From a candidate division WOR-3 bacterium (GTDB taxonomy: Bacteria; Hydrothermota; Tepidihabitantia; Tepidihabitantales; DTDR01): 64,000 bases of DNA. The stretch lies in the NCBI GenBank assembly GCA_039801885.1, contig JBDRVN010000003.1, positions 3 through 64,002 of the forward strand, in the 5' to 3' direction. This document shows, one piece after another, positions 48,209 to 57,202 of the stretch. Numbering within the stretch: the stretch's first letter is position 1; each line of letters starts with the position of its first letter. A program made the translations under genes and the position numbers. The notes under the pieces were generated by a model. The model did no database searches and had not been told where the DNA came from. It saw only the letters and a list, made by a program, of their open reading frames with translations.

Positions 48209-49702
48209 TTAAATCTCTTCCAAAAGTTTGTATTCATCATATTTAAATTTGGAATTCATTTTTAATTCCAAGTGAATCCCAATTTTTTTGATAAGTTGGT
48301 TTAATCTTTCATTCCATTCATTTGTTAAAAATTCATAAAGATAGGGCGAAATTAGCAAAAGAATTTTCTTTCCTTTTAATTTTTCCGCTTTGTTTATTAA
48401 TTCATTTTCAATTTTTAAACAAATTTCATAACGGTCTAAAATTCTTCCTCTCCCTTTACACGCCGGACATTCTTCACAGAGAGTGAAAAATACACTCGGA
48501 CGAATTTTTTCGCGAGTCATTTCTACTAATCCAAAGCGACTTAATTTACCAAAATCGGCTTTTGCTCGGTCGTTCGCTAAACATAGCTTCAATTCTTGAT
48601 ATACTCGTTCTCGATTTTTCGGCTCCCGCATATCAATAAAATCAATAATAATTAAACCGGATAAATCTCGCAATCTAATTTGTCGAGCAATTTCAGCAGC
48701 CGCTTCTAAATTAGTTTGTAAGATCAATGTTTCGGGGTCTTGTTCTGATGCGAAACTGCCGGTGTTCACATCAATAGTCACAAGTGCTTCAGTTTGGTCA
48801 ATGGTAATAAATCCGCCGCTTTTTAAAGAAATTTCCCGTTCTAATGCCTTTTCTAATTCTTCATCAATTTTAAATTTTTTAAAAAGCGGGTCTTTTTCTT
48901 CGTAAAAAATAATTTTATTCTTATCAAATAATTCGGGAGTATAATTTTTTATATAGTTACTTATTTCATAATAAAGATTCCGATCATCGACGTAGATAGC
49001 TTCGGTATCCATAGTATATAAATCCCGGATAATTTTTAATGCTAATTTCGGTTCTTTATAAAGCAATCGAGGAGCACGAGATTTTTGAAACTCTCTTTCA
49101 ATTTCTTCCCATTTGCCTTCTAAATAATGATAATCGCGGACAATTACTTCTTCCGGCATATTTTCAGCGGCGGTTCTAATTATCAATCCTCGATTTGTTT
49201 TTTTTAATTTCTTGGCAATTTCTTTTAACCGGGTTCTTTCTTTTTTATTATTAATTCGTTGAGAAACACCAATCCGCGAAATAGTAGGGAAAAAAACTAC
49301 ATATTTACCAGGCAAATGAATAAAAGAAGTCAATCGGGCACCTTTATCACCGATTTGTTCTTTAACAACTTGACAAAAAATCTGGTCACCAATATTTATT
49401 GGCAATTCTTCTTTTTTAATCTTTCTTATTTTTTCCTCTTCCTCTTCCAAATCAATTCCAAATATTTCTTCCGGTATTTCGGCTAAAGGTAGAAATCCGT
49501 TTTTCCTTAAACCAATATTTACAAAAGCTCCCCGCAATCCCTTTACAATATTTTCTACCCTTCCTTTAAAAATTTTTCCCACATTATTTTCAATTCCTTC
49601 TCGCTCAATATAGAATTCAACTAAGCGGTCATTTTCTAAAATTGCTACTCGCGTATCGTTAAATTTATAAGTAATTACAATGGTAATTTTAAATTTAATC
49701 AT
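48209..49702 (-). CDS. rng: Ribonuclease G (RNase E/G family)
   Basis: S1 domain (KGRVENIVKGLRGAFVNIG) and catalytic region (LVTIDVNTGSF). Roughly 500 aa. Confidence 0.8.
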   Translation of the reverse strand: MIKFKITIVITYKFNDTRVAILENDRLVEFYIEREGIENNVGKIFKGRVENIVKGLRGAFVNIGLRKNGFLPLAEIPEEIFGIDLEEEEEKIRKIKKEELPINIGDQIFCQVVKEQIGDKGARLTSFIHLPGKYVVFFPTISRIGVSQRINNKKERTRLKEIAKKLKKTNRGLIIRTAAENMPEEVIVRDYHYLEGKWEEIEREFQKSRAPRLLYKEPKLALKIIRDLYTMDTEAIYVDDRNLYYEISNYIKNYTPELFDKNKIIFYEEKDPLFKKFKIDEELEKALEREISLKSGGFITIDQTEALVTIDVNTGSFASEQDPETLILQTNLEAAAEIARQIRLRDLSGLIIIDFIDMREPKNRERVYQELKLCLANDRAKADFGKLSRFGLVEMTREKIRPSVFFTLCEECPACKGRGRILDRYEICLKIENELINKAEKLKGKKILLLISPYLYEFLTNEWNERLNQLIKKIGIHLELKMNSKFKYDEYKLLEEI

Positions 49703-52067
49703 CTTCCAAAGGGGTTATTAATTTGTCATTCTTTATTAAATATTGTTCAACTCTTTTGATTGGTAATGATCTTATAACTTCTTCTTCTAACCCTAAAATT
49801 TTAGCGAGAGTAGAATATAATTTAACACCTGGTTGAAAGGGTAAAAGAATTTCTCCCAGATTATCATAAAGTCGAAAATAATAAGAAGAGGTATCTAAAT
49901 TTATTTTTTTAAAGACTGATTCGGGTAAAGAAATTTCGTATTTTAGAAATTTAATTGATTTTCCTAAACTTGGTTTTTCTTTTTTTATTTCTTTAAAATC
50001 AACTACTATTAAACCTCTTGGCATAAAATTACCTAACTCTTGGATTAGATTACCATTATAATCAATTTTTAAGAAAATGTCAAAATATTCGCTTTCGGAA
50101 ATAACTCCTACGGGTAAAGGTGGACCAAAGGAAATTAGATATCGTGGTGAAAAACCTACTGAATGAAGAACGGGTAAACAAGCGCGTCTTACGGTTCGAT
50201 AGATTGCCCGAACAATATCTAAATGGGAAGCAAAACGGAAGTTTTCTCCTACTTTAAATTTTATTCGGAATCTTTTATAAATAGGAGAAGAAGATATCGG
50301 TTTTTGAAAGATGGGGAATTTTTTAGATAAAAAAGTTTCTCTTTTACTAAATTTAAAGGAATCGGTGTTTACTATTTCTTGATAAGATAAAGCTTTTTGA
50401 TAATTTTCAATCAGAAAATTTTTTGGTATGCCCACATCAATAAATTCCCAAGGTAATGGTTCAATTATACTTTTTTCTTTTAAATAATTTTCCTTCTCAA
50501 TTTGGTTTTTAAAGAAACCTTCTATCCAAATTTGATACTTAAAATGTTCTGTCCAATCTTGAAAGAATCCTTGATTTTTAAATACTTCTTCAATAACCAA
50601 GGATAATTTTTCATCACCTCTTGCTAAAATTGTCTGAATTTCTGCTTGTTCTAAATTTTCATATTTTATTCGGATATTTTTAAATTTTATTAGATTTTTT
50701 AATATTTTAATTTTTTCTAATAGTATTTTTTTATCTTCAAAACCGCAGAATTGAAAAGGGGTATGAGGTTTAGGAATGAAGGGAGAGATAGAAATTCGCA
50801 GCTCTTTATTTTTAGTTATTTTGCCTAAAAAATTTAAGAAATAAGTAATTTCTTTAACATCTTCTTCTTTTTCTGTTGGCAGACCAACCATAAAATAAAA
50901 TTTGATTCCCTGCCAATTATTGTTTATTAAATTTTCTACTGATTGAATAATTTTTTCATTAGAGATTTCTTTGTTAATAACTTTTTTTAAACGGGAAGAA
51001 ATGGTTTCTGGAGCGAAAGTAATTCCAGTTTTTTTAATAAGGCGAAGTTGGTTCACGATTTCTTCGTTAAAATCCTCGCCCCGGAGCGAAGGAAGAGAGA
51101 GAGCAACTAAATAAGGATGTAAAATTTCATTCAAAGAACTTAAAAGATGAGATAAATGAGGATAATCTCCGGCAGAAAAAGAAAGCAAGGAAATTTCTTC
51201 GTAACCAGTAGCTTTTATCGCTCTTAAGGCTAATCTTTTAATCTCTTCTTCTGGGCGAATTCTTACTGGTCGATTAGTAAATCCAGCCTGACAAAAACGA
51301 CATCCCCGAGTGCACCCACGAGAAATTTCAATAGTTAAATGATCATGAACGATTTCACAAATCGGCACTAAAGGCGGAAAAGGGAAATCTTCTTCTCTTA
51401 ATTCTTTTACATATCTTCTTTTTATAATTTTTTCTTTTTTATGAATTAATGGAACATAGATACCTTCTAAATTTGCTAAATTTTCTAAAATTGCTCTTTT
51501 ATTGTTTTTGAAATTACGGTAGATTTCAATAATTTCTAAAATTACTTCTTCTCCGTCACCGATGACAAAGGCATCAATAAATGGTACCATCGGTAAAGGA
51601 TTAACCGTACAAGGTCCACCAGCAATAATTAATGGGTAATTACTATTAAGACGCTCTTCAGTATGGATAGGTATTTTGCCTAACGATAGACAATATAAAA
51701 CATTAGGATAATTTAACTCAGATTGTAAAGAAAAACCAATAATATCAAATTTAAATAAAGGTAATTTATTTTCTAAGGAAAAGAGAGGTATATCATGCTC
51801 TTTTAATTTTTTGCCAAAATCTATAGCTGGTGCATAACTTCTTTCACAAATAGTATTTTTGTGGCAATTTAGTTTTGAATAAAGAATTTTTAAACCATAA
51901 TTAGACATACCAATTTCATAAATTTCTGGAAAAATTAAACAAACTTTGATGGTTTCTTTTTTAATAGGAAGAGGAAAAACATTATACTCGCCACCGGTAT
52001 ACCTAATAGGCTTTGTAACCAGAGGCAAAAGGTTTAAAATTTTTTTATCATTCTTATTCACCTTCAA
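49695..52067 (-). CDS. Radical SAM protein of the TIGR03960 type fused to a C-terminal DUF2344 (TIGR03936) domain
   Basis: N-terminal B12-binding-like region, SRGCTRGCRFCQAG CxxxCxxC motif, and C-terminal RFASHLDIVRAIYRTVRRA...GFSPRYLISFGPPLPVG DUF2344-like tail. Lies directly upstream of rng, as commonly seen. Confidence 0.6.
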   Translation of the reverse strand: MKVNKNDKKILNLLPLVTKPIRYTGGEYNVFPLPIKKETIKVCLIFPEIYEIGMSNYGLKILYSKLNCHKNTICERSYAPAIDFGKKLKEHDIPLFSLENKLPLFKFDIIGFSLQSELNYPNVLYCLSLGKIPIHTEERLNSNYPLIIAGGPCTVNPLPMVPFIDAFVIGDGEEVILEIIEIYRNFKNNKRAILENLANLEGIYVPLIHKKEKIIKRRYVKELREEDFPFPPLVPICEIVHDHLTIEISRGCTRGCRFCQAGFTNRPVRIRPEEEIKRLALRAIKATGYEEISLLSFSAGDYPHLSHLLSSLNEILHPYLVALSLPSLRGEDFNEEIVNQLRLIKKTGITFAPETISSRLKKVINKEISNEKIIQSVENLINNNWQGIKFYFMVGLPTEKEEDVKEITYFLNFLGKITKNKELRISISPFIPKPHTPFQFCGFEDKKILLEKIKILKNLIKFKNIRIKYENLEQAEIQTILARGDEKLSLVIEEVFKNQGFFQDWTEHFKYQIWIEGFFKNQIEKENYLKEKSIIEPLPWEFIDVGIPKNFLIENYQKALSYQEIVNTDSFKFSKRETFLSKKFPIFQKPISSSPIYKRFRIKFKVGENFRFASHLDIVRAIYRTVRRACLPVLHSVGFSPRYLISFGPPLPVGVISESEYFDIFLKIDYNGNLIQELGNFMPRGLIVVDFKEIKKEKPSLGKSIKFLKYEISLPESVFKKINLDTSSYYFRLYDNLGEILLPFQPGVKLYSTLAKILGLEEEVIRSLPIKRVEQYLIKNDKLITPLEDD

Positions 52068-52398
52068 TACTTTCTAAATAATAATTATCACCTTTTTTAA
52101 AAATAATCTTAAGAGAATTACATTTTGGGCAAACATAAGGAAATTCAGAATTTACTTTGCCGCAGTAACCACAATTTTTACATTCTATTTCCGGTTTTTC
52201 TTCAAAAGTATCTATTTGGCTATTTTCCGCAAGAATATTTTTTAAACCTTCTTTTAACCAGAAAACAAATTGTTCTTTATTAATTAATGTGAGACTACCA
52301 ATTTTTATATTTATTTTATAAATTTTTTTAATCTCATATTTCTTACAAATTTGATTGATTATTTTAATAAGATGTTGAGCGCAGGCAAACTCGTGCAT
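52054..52398 (-). CDS. hypA: Hydrogenase/urease nickel-incorporation protein HypA
   Basis: MHEFACAQ start and a CKNCGY...CPKCNS zinc ribbon in a 114-aa protein. Confidence 0.75.
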   Translation of the reverse strand: MHEFACAQHLIKIINQICKKYEIKKIYKINIKIGSLTLINKEQFVFWLKEGLKNILAENSQIDTFEEKPEIECKNCGYCGKVNSEFPYVCPKCNSLKIIFKKGDNYYLESIEGE

Positions 52399-53062
52399 TT
52401 TTTAAAAATTTTATTATCTTCTCTATTCCTTTGCTTTTTTTAGCATTTGTTTCTATAATTGGAATAGAAGGTTTAATTTTTTTTATATCTTTTTTGAATT
52501 TAGTCAAGGAAACTCCCATTTTTTGTGCCAAGTCAATTTTGTTGATCACTACTATGTCAGCTTCTTTAAAAATGTAAGGGTGTTTTATCACCGTATAAGG
52601 ACCTTCGGTACAAGAAAAAACGACAATTCGGTAGTGGGCGCCCAAGGGAAATTCTGCTGGACAAATAAGGTTACCGACATTTTCAATAAAAAGTAAATCA
52701 ATTTCTTCTAAGGGTAAATTTTTTATTGCTTCCTTCACTAATTTAGCATCCAAATGACATTCTTTGCCAGTATTAATTTGGATTACTTTGGCACCATTTT
52801 TTTTAATTACATCGGCATCAATTTGGGTAGTTAAATCACCGGCAATTACTGCAATTTTATACTCTTTTTTTAATTTTTTAACAATCTGACAAATTAAGGT
52901 TGTTTTTCCACTACCAATAGAGCCAAGGATATCGACAGCTTTTATGCCGTATTGATTAAAGATTTTTTTATTTTCTTCTGCCAGTTCTTTATTTTTTCTT
53001 AGCAAACTTTCTTCTAATTCAATATCAAAAATTTCGCCCCTTTTCGGTTTAATGATTTTCAT
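52364..53062 (-). CDS. hypB: Nickel-incorporation GTPase HypB
   Basis: GSIGSGKTTL P-loop, CHLDA, ENVGNLICPA and NKIDL motifs of the HypB/UreG family. Confidence 0.8.
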   Translation of the reverse strand: MKIIKPKRGEIFDIELEESLLRKNKELAEENKKIFNQYGIKAVDILGSIGSGKTTLICQIVKKLKKEYKIAVIAGDLTTQIDADVIKKNGAKVIQINTGKECHLDAKLVKEAIKNLPLEEIDLLFIENVGNLICPAEFPLGAHYRIVVFSCTEGPYTVIKHPYIFKEADIVVINKIDLAQKMGVSLTKFKKDIKKIKPSIPIIETNAKKSKGIEKIIKFLKNARVCLRSTSY

Positions 53063-53082
53063 AGTTAAATTTTAATAATAAA

Positions 53083-53111
53083 TTGACTTTTTTCAATGAT
53101 AAAATTATAAT
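53083..53111 (+). promoter_or_regulatory. Promoter TTGACT-17-TATAAT ending 6 nt before the ATG at 53118, leaderless configuration
   Basis: TTGACT at 53083-53088 and TATAAT at 53106-53111. No SD. Confidence 0.45.
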
Positions 53112-53117
53112 TTGTAA

Positions 53118-54692
53118 ATGAAACGAATAGTGAATCAGAAGGAAATGTCCGAAATAGACCGAGAATCTGCGGAGAAGTTAAATATACCAACAATGATTTT
53201 GATGGAGAACGCTGGTAGAAGTGTTGTAGAGTATTTACAAAGAATTTTTAATATTAATGATGAAGATTTTCCTAAAAAGAGTTTTTTAATCTTTTGTGGA
53301 AAAGGGAATAATGGCGGAGACGGATTTGTTGCTGCCCGTTTTCTATTAAATAAAGGAGCGAAAGTTAAAATTATTTTATTAGGAAGGTTTGCTGAATTAA
53401 AAGGAGATGCGAAAATAAATGCTGAAAGATATAAAAATATGGGTGGAGAGACAATTGAATTAGAAAAAGAAGATTCCTTATTTACTGATTTTCTGGAGGA
53501 GACCAAGAAAGAAACTTATATAATTGATGCTATTTTCGGAACAGGATTTAAAGGTGAAATAACTGGAATATATAAAAGGGCTATCGAATTTATCAATCAG
53601 AGTGGATTTCCGATAATTGCTGTAGATGTTCCTTCTGGCACAATGGATGATGGCAGAGTGGGTAACTTTTGTGTAAAAGCAAATTTTACGATAACAATGG
53701 GTTTTATAAAAAGAAGTCTATTATTACCGCCGGCAAGGGATTATGCTGGAAAGATATTCATTAGTGATATTGGAACTTTTTATAATTATTTTAATAACAA
53801 AGGTAATACTTATTTGTTAGAAGAAAAAGATATAAAAGAGTTTTTACCCAAAAGAGTAAGCTGGGGGCATAAAGGAACTTTTGGCACTTGTTTAATAATT
53901 GCCGGTTCAAGAGGTTACAGTGGAGCCGCTTGTCTTACTGCTTTGGGAGCTTTAAAAATTGGTTCCGGTTTAGTATATTTGGCTTCACCAAAAACAATTA
54001 TTGATGTTATAGAAACCAAACTTACTGAAGTAGTAAAAATTCCTTTAGATTGGGAAGATGGTTATACCTTAAGCAATTTAGATAAAATTAATAATATTTT
54101 ATCAAAAATTGATGTCTTGGCAATTGGTCCGGGTATTGGATTTACTGAGAAAACAAAAGAGTTTATAAAGAAATTTCTAATCTCAATTAGCGAAAGAAAA
54201 ATTCCCGTAGTTATTGATGCTGATGGGATTAATTGTTTAAGTGAAGAAATTGATTTATTAAAAGATTTTGCTAAAGATAATCAAATAATTTTAACACCCC
54301 ACCCTGGAGAACTTAGTCGATTGATTAAAATTTCGCCGGAAAAAATTAATGAAAATAGAATAGAAATTGCTCGTTCTTTTAGTCAGAAATACGGTGCCTA
54401 TTTAGTTTTAAAAGGTTCACCAACAGTGATTGGTGTACCAGAAGGAATTGTTTATGTTAATCCTACCGGAAACTCAGGATTAGCAAGTGGCGGCACCGGC
54501 GATGTTTTAACAGGTTTTATTACTGGCTTATTAGCCCAGAGATTAAAACCGGAAAAAGCAGCAATAGTTGGTGTCTATCTTCATGGATTATCCGCAGATT
54601 TGGCTTTAGAAAATCAAACAGAATATGATTTTATTGCTTCTGATATTTTGACCTATCTTCCAAAAGCGATAAAAAAAGTTTTAAATGCCTAA
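53118..54692 (+). CDS. nnr: Bifunctional NAD(P)H-hydrate epimerase / ADP-dependent dehydratase (YjeF N+C)
   Basis: YjeF-N motif LIFCGKGNNGGDGFVAARFL. C-terminal carbohydrate-kinase-like GPGIG and GGTGDVLTG. Confidence 0.85.
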   Translation: MKRIVNQKEMSEIDRESAEKLNIPTMILMENAGRSVVEYLQRIFNINDEDFPKKSFLIFCGKGNNGGDGFVAARFLLNKGAKVKIILLGRFAELKGDAKINAERYKNMGGETIELEKEDSLFTDFLEETKKETYIIDAIFGTGFKGEITGIYKRAIEFINQSGFPIIAVDVPSGTMDDGRVGNFCVKANFTITMGFIKRSLLLPPARDYAGKIFISDIGTFYNYFNNKGNTYLLEEKDIKEFLPKRVSWGHKGTFGTCLIIAGSRGYSGAACLTALGALKIGSGLVYLASPKTIIDVIETKLTEVVKIPLDWEDGYTLSNLDKINNILSKIDVLAIGPGIGFTEKTKEFIKKFLISISERKIPVVIDADGINCLSEEIDLLKDFAKDNQIILTPHPGELSRLIKISPEKINENRIEIARSFSQKYGAYLVLKGSPTVIGVPEGIVYVNPTGNSGLASGGTGDVLTGFITGLLAQRLKPEKAAIVGVYLHGLSADLALENQTEYDFIASDILTYLPKAIKKVLNA

Positions 54693-56103
54693 TTTTTTAT
54701 TATTTTTAATCTTCACAATTTATAATGAAAAATTATGGATAAATTATTTAGCCTTTGATACAGTTTTAACGATAACCGGAAATGAAAAAATAGTATATGT
54801 TGGAATCCCCCAGGGAATTTTATTATTTGATGCTCAAAAAATAAGATATTTAAAGACATTAACAAAATTTGATGGAATTTTAGAAAATTTGAAGTTTGTA
54901 GTCTATGACCGAGAGATAAATTCTCTTTGGTTAGTGGATAATTCTTCCAATATGATGAATTATTCCCCTTTTACTAAGAAAAAAGAGTTTTTTAAGTTGA
55001 GTATAGTACCAAAGGCAATAGGTGTCGGCAGACAATTTTTATACTTTGTTGCCGACGGTGATACTTATCAATGGGATAAAAAAAAGAAAAAATTATTAAA
55101 AATTGAAAAAACGAAAGATACCACTATTTTTTGGTGCGGTGAGAAGAAAAAATATTTGCCTCATAATTTCCCTTTCCTTACTCCTTATTACTATATGGAT
55201 GAGAATTTAAATAAATATTTTTATAAAGAAGTATTTTTAGTAAATAGGAATTTATGGGTAAGTGCCAGTGGTTACGGAATTTTAGTTTTTGATAGGATAA
55301 CCAAGGATTTAATAAAAATTTTTCCTTTTAATAGCAGTTTAGGTAAAATAAAAAAAATCTTAAAATTTGGAGAGAATATTTGGCTGTTAAATAATGATTT
55401 CTTTATAAAAACTGCTAACGAAATCTCTGAATGGCGTTTTTTTCCAGTTTGGTATAATAAATTTTATGAAGAGGATGTGCCTTTATTAAAAGATAAATTC
55501 TTAGAGATATTTTTTAAAAGAAGTATTTCCAATTTTGCCGACTTTAAAAATTCTCTTGCCTGTGCTTTTGAGAATAATATTTATCTTTTTTTAGAAGATT
55601 ATTCGGAGCCAATAGTAATTGAAAGCCCTTCGGGAATAGAAAATCTGTATTTTTTAAGAGATACCTTAGTAATTTTGACCCAGGAGGGTGTTTATTTGTT
55701 TGATTATAAAACTAACAAATTTTTAGATTTGGTTGACCAGCCACCAGAAACAAAATTTGGTGTTTTTTCTTTTTTACCGATAAGAAATGATTGGTATTTG
55801 GGAGTTCGAGGAGGATTTTTGATATATAAAAATCAAAAGTGGGAAAAAATAATTATTCCGGGGATTGATTTATCAGTGCCAATTAAAGATTTGGTCAATT
55901 TTGATAATTATTTGATAACAAAAATAAATAATCAAATTCTCTTTTTTGATACAAGAAAAAGATTGTTTCAATTTTTAACAAAAGAAGATGGTTTAATTGG
56001 TAAAAATATTTACTGTTTAAAAGTGGATAATAATAAATTATGGATTGCTCACGAAAAAGGTCTTTCTCTTTATGATTTAACTTTCTGGCAGAAAAAGAAT
56101 TAA
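54685..56103 (+). CDS. Hypothetical protein (472 aa)
   Basis: ORF overlaps nnr by 8 nt. Repeated W/Y-rich segments suggest a possible beta-propeller, but no firm motif. Confidence 0.4.
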   Translation: MPNFLLFLIFTIYNEKLWINYLAFDTVLTITGNEKIVYVGIPQGILLFDAQKIRYLKTLTKFDGILENLKFVVYDREINSLWLVDNSSNMMNYSPFTKKKEFFKLSIVPKAIGVGRQFLYFVADGDTYQWDKKKKKLLKIEKTKDTTIFWCGEKKKYLPHNFPFLTPYYYMDENLNKYFYKEVFLVNRNLWVSASGYGILVFDRITKDLIKIFPFNSSLGKIKKILKFGENIWLLNNDFFIKTANEISEWRFFPVWYNKFYEEDVPLLKDKFLEIFFKRSISNFADFKNSLACAFENNIYLFLEDYSEPIVIESPSGIENLYFLRDTLVILTQEGVYLFDYKTNKFLDLVDQPPETKFGVFSFLPIRNDWYLGVRGGFLIYKNQKWEKIIIPGIDLSVPIKDLVNFDNYLITKINNQILFFDTRKRLFQFLTKEDGLIGKNIYCLKVDNNKLWIAHEKGLSLYDLTFWQKKN

Positions 56104-56105
56104 AA

Positions 56106-57155
56106 ATGAGGAAAAAAATTTTCATTTTTTTGGTATTAGTTTTTCTTTTAATTTTAGGTCTCCTCATTTTATATCAAAAAAATAACAAAATTTTACCGAT
56201 AAAATATCCTTCCTATTCTTCTAATTTAAAAAATAAAATAAATATCCTTTTGGTGGCTAAAGATGCTTTAATAATTGATAAGAAAAAATTACCCAATGGG
56301 AAAGAAGAGTTAATATTAGAAAAAAAATCGAGGAGTGACATTATTAATATTGTTCACATAGATGTTGATAATGGTAAAGTTAAAATTTTAAATATTCCTC
56401 GAGATATGTTAGTAAGTATTCCTAATTATACTAAAGAAAAATCAAAAAAAGATTTTAATAATTTGGATAAGATAAATCATAGTTATTTTTATGGTGGAGA
56501 ATCTTTATTAATAAAAACGATAAAAAAGAATTTTAATATTGATATTGATCGTTATTTAACAATTGATTTTTTAAGATTCCAAAAATTGATAACTTTTTTA
56601 AAACCTTTTGTAAAGGTTTTTCGGGTAAGAAACATTGAAGCTAATGAGCCGGTGGTCATCCAAGAACTTTTGAGAAATCGGTATCGTTATCCTCATGACG
56701 ATATTGACCGAAGTCGAAACTCATTGTTTTTTATTAAATATATTTGTGAAAAAATCTATCCCCAAATTAATCCATTAAACTTTTCAATTTTTAAGAAAAT
56801 CTTTTGGGAAGTTTTTAAAGAAGCAACCAATCTAACTGAGGATGATATAAATAAAATTTCTGCTTGCTTAAAAGAAAAGAACTTTGAACCCCAGGATATT
56901 GAGTTGGGTGTGATGATTGGTTATCAAACTTATGTTTATTTAAACCGTTTTTCTCAAAACCTATCTTGTTATTTACCAATTTACGAAGAGATTGAGAAAC
57001 AGATAAAATATTTTATATATGATTCAATAAATATTACTCCCAAAATTTATCTTAATGATAAAGAGAAATTTTTTGTTCCGGAATACGTAAAAAAAGATTA
57101 TACAATATCCTTAGATAGTATTAGTTTGAAAATAAAAGTAGAAATTCCCAAATAA
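56106..57155 (+). CDS. LytR-CpsA-Psr (LCP) family protein
   Basis: N-terminal TM anchor and RSDIINIVHIDVDNGKVKILNIPRDMLVSIP, matching the LCP core motif. Confidence 0.6.
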   Translation: MRKKIFIFLVLVFLLILGLLILYQKNNKILPIKYPSYSSNLKNKINILLVAKDALIIDKKKLPNGKEELILEKKSRSDIINIVHIDVDNGKVKILNIPRDMLVSIPNYTKEKSKKDFNNLDKINHSYFYGGESLLIKTIKKNFNIDIDRYLTIDFLRFQKLITFLKPFVKVFRVRNIEANEPVVIQELLRNRYRYPHDDIDRSRNSLFFIKYICEKIYPQINPLNFSIFKKIFWEVFKEATNLTEDDINKISACLKEKNFEPQDIELGVMIGYQTYVYLNRFSQNLSCYLPIYEEIEKQIKYFIYDSINITPKIYLNDKEKFFVPEYVKKDYTISLDSISLKIKVEIPK

Positions 57156-57168
57156 TCCAGTTATTTTA

Positions 57169-57196
57169 TTGACAATTAAAAATTTATCATTATAAT
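57169..57196 (+). promoter_or_regulatory. Promoter TTGACA-16-TATAAT ending 6 nt before the thrS start at 57203, leaderless configuration
   Basis: TTGACA at 57169-57174 and TATAAT at 57191-57196. No T-box or other leader is possible in this space. Confidence 0.4.
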
Positions 57197-57202
57197 AATA
57201 AT

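Noticed and set aside
52054-53062. Presence of a hydrogenase locus implied by hypA/hypB
   Set aside because: No hydrogenase large or small subunit or other hyp genes occur in the window. hypAB is instead fused to the radical SAM-rng operon; this is reported as a finding rather than assumed.
57156-57202. T-box or operator leader upstream of thrS (and upstream of pheT)
   Set aside because: A promoter lies within about 35 nt of the thrS start codon. No AGGGUGGNACCGCG T-box motif was found on either strand upstream of thrS or pheT.
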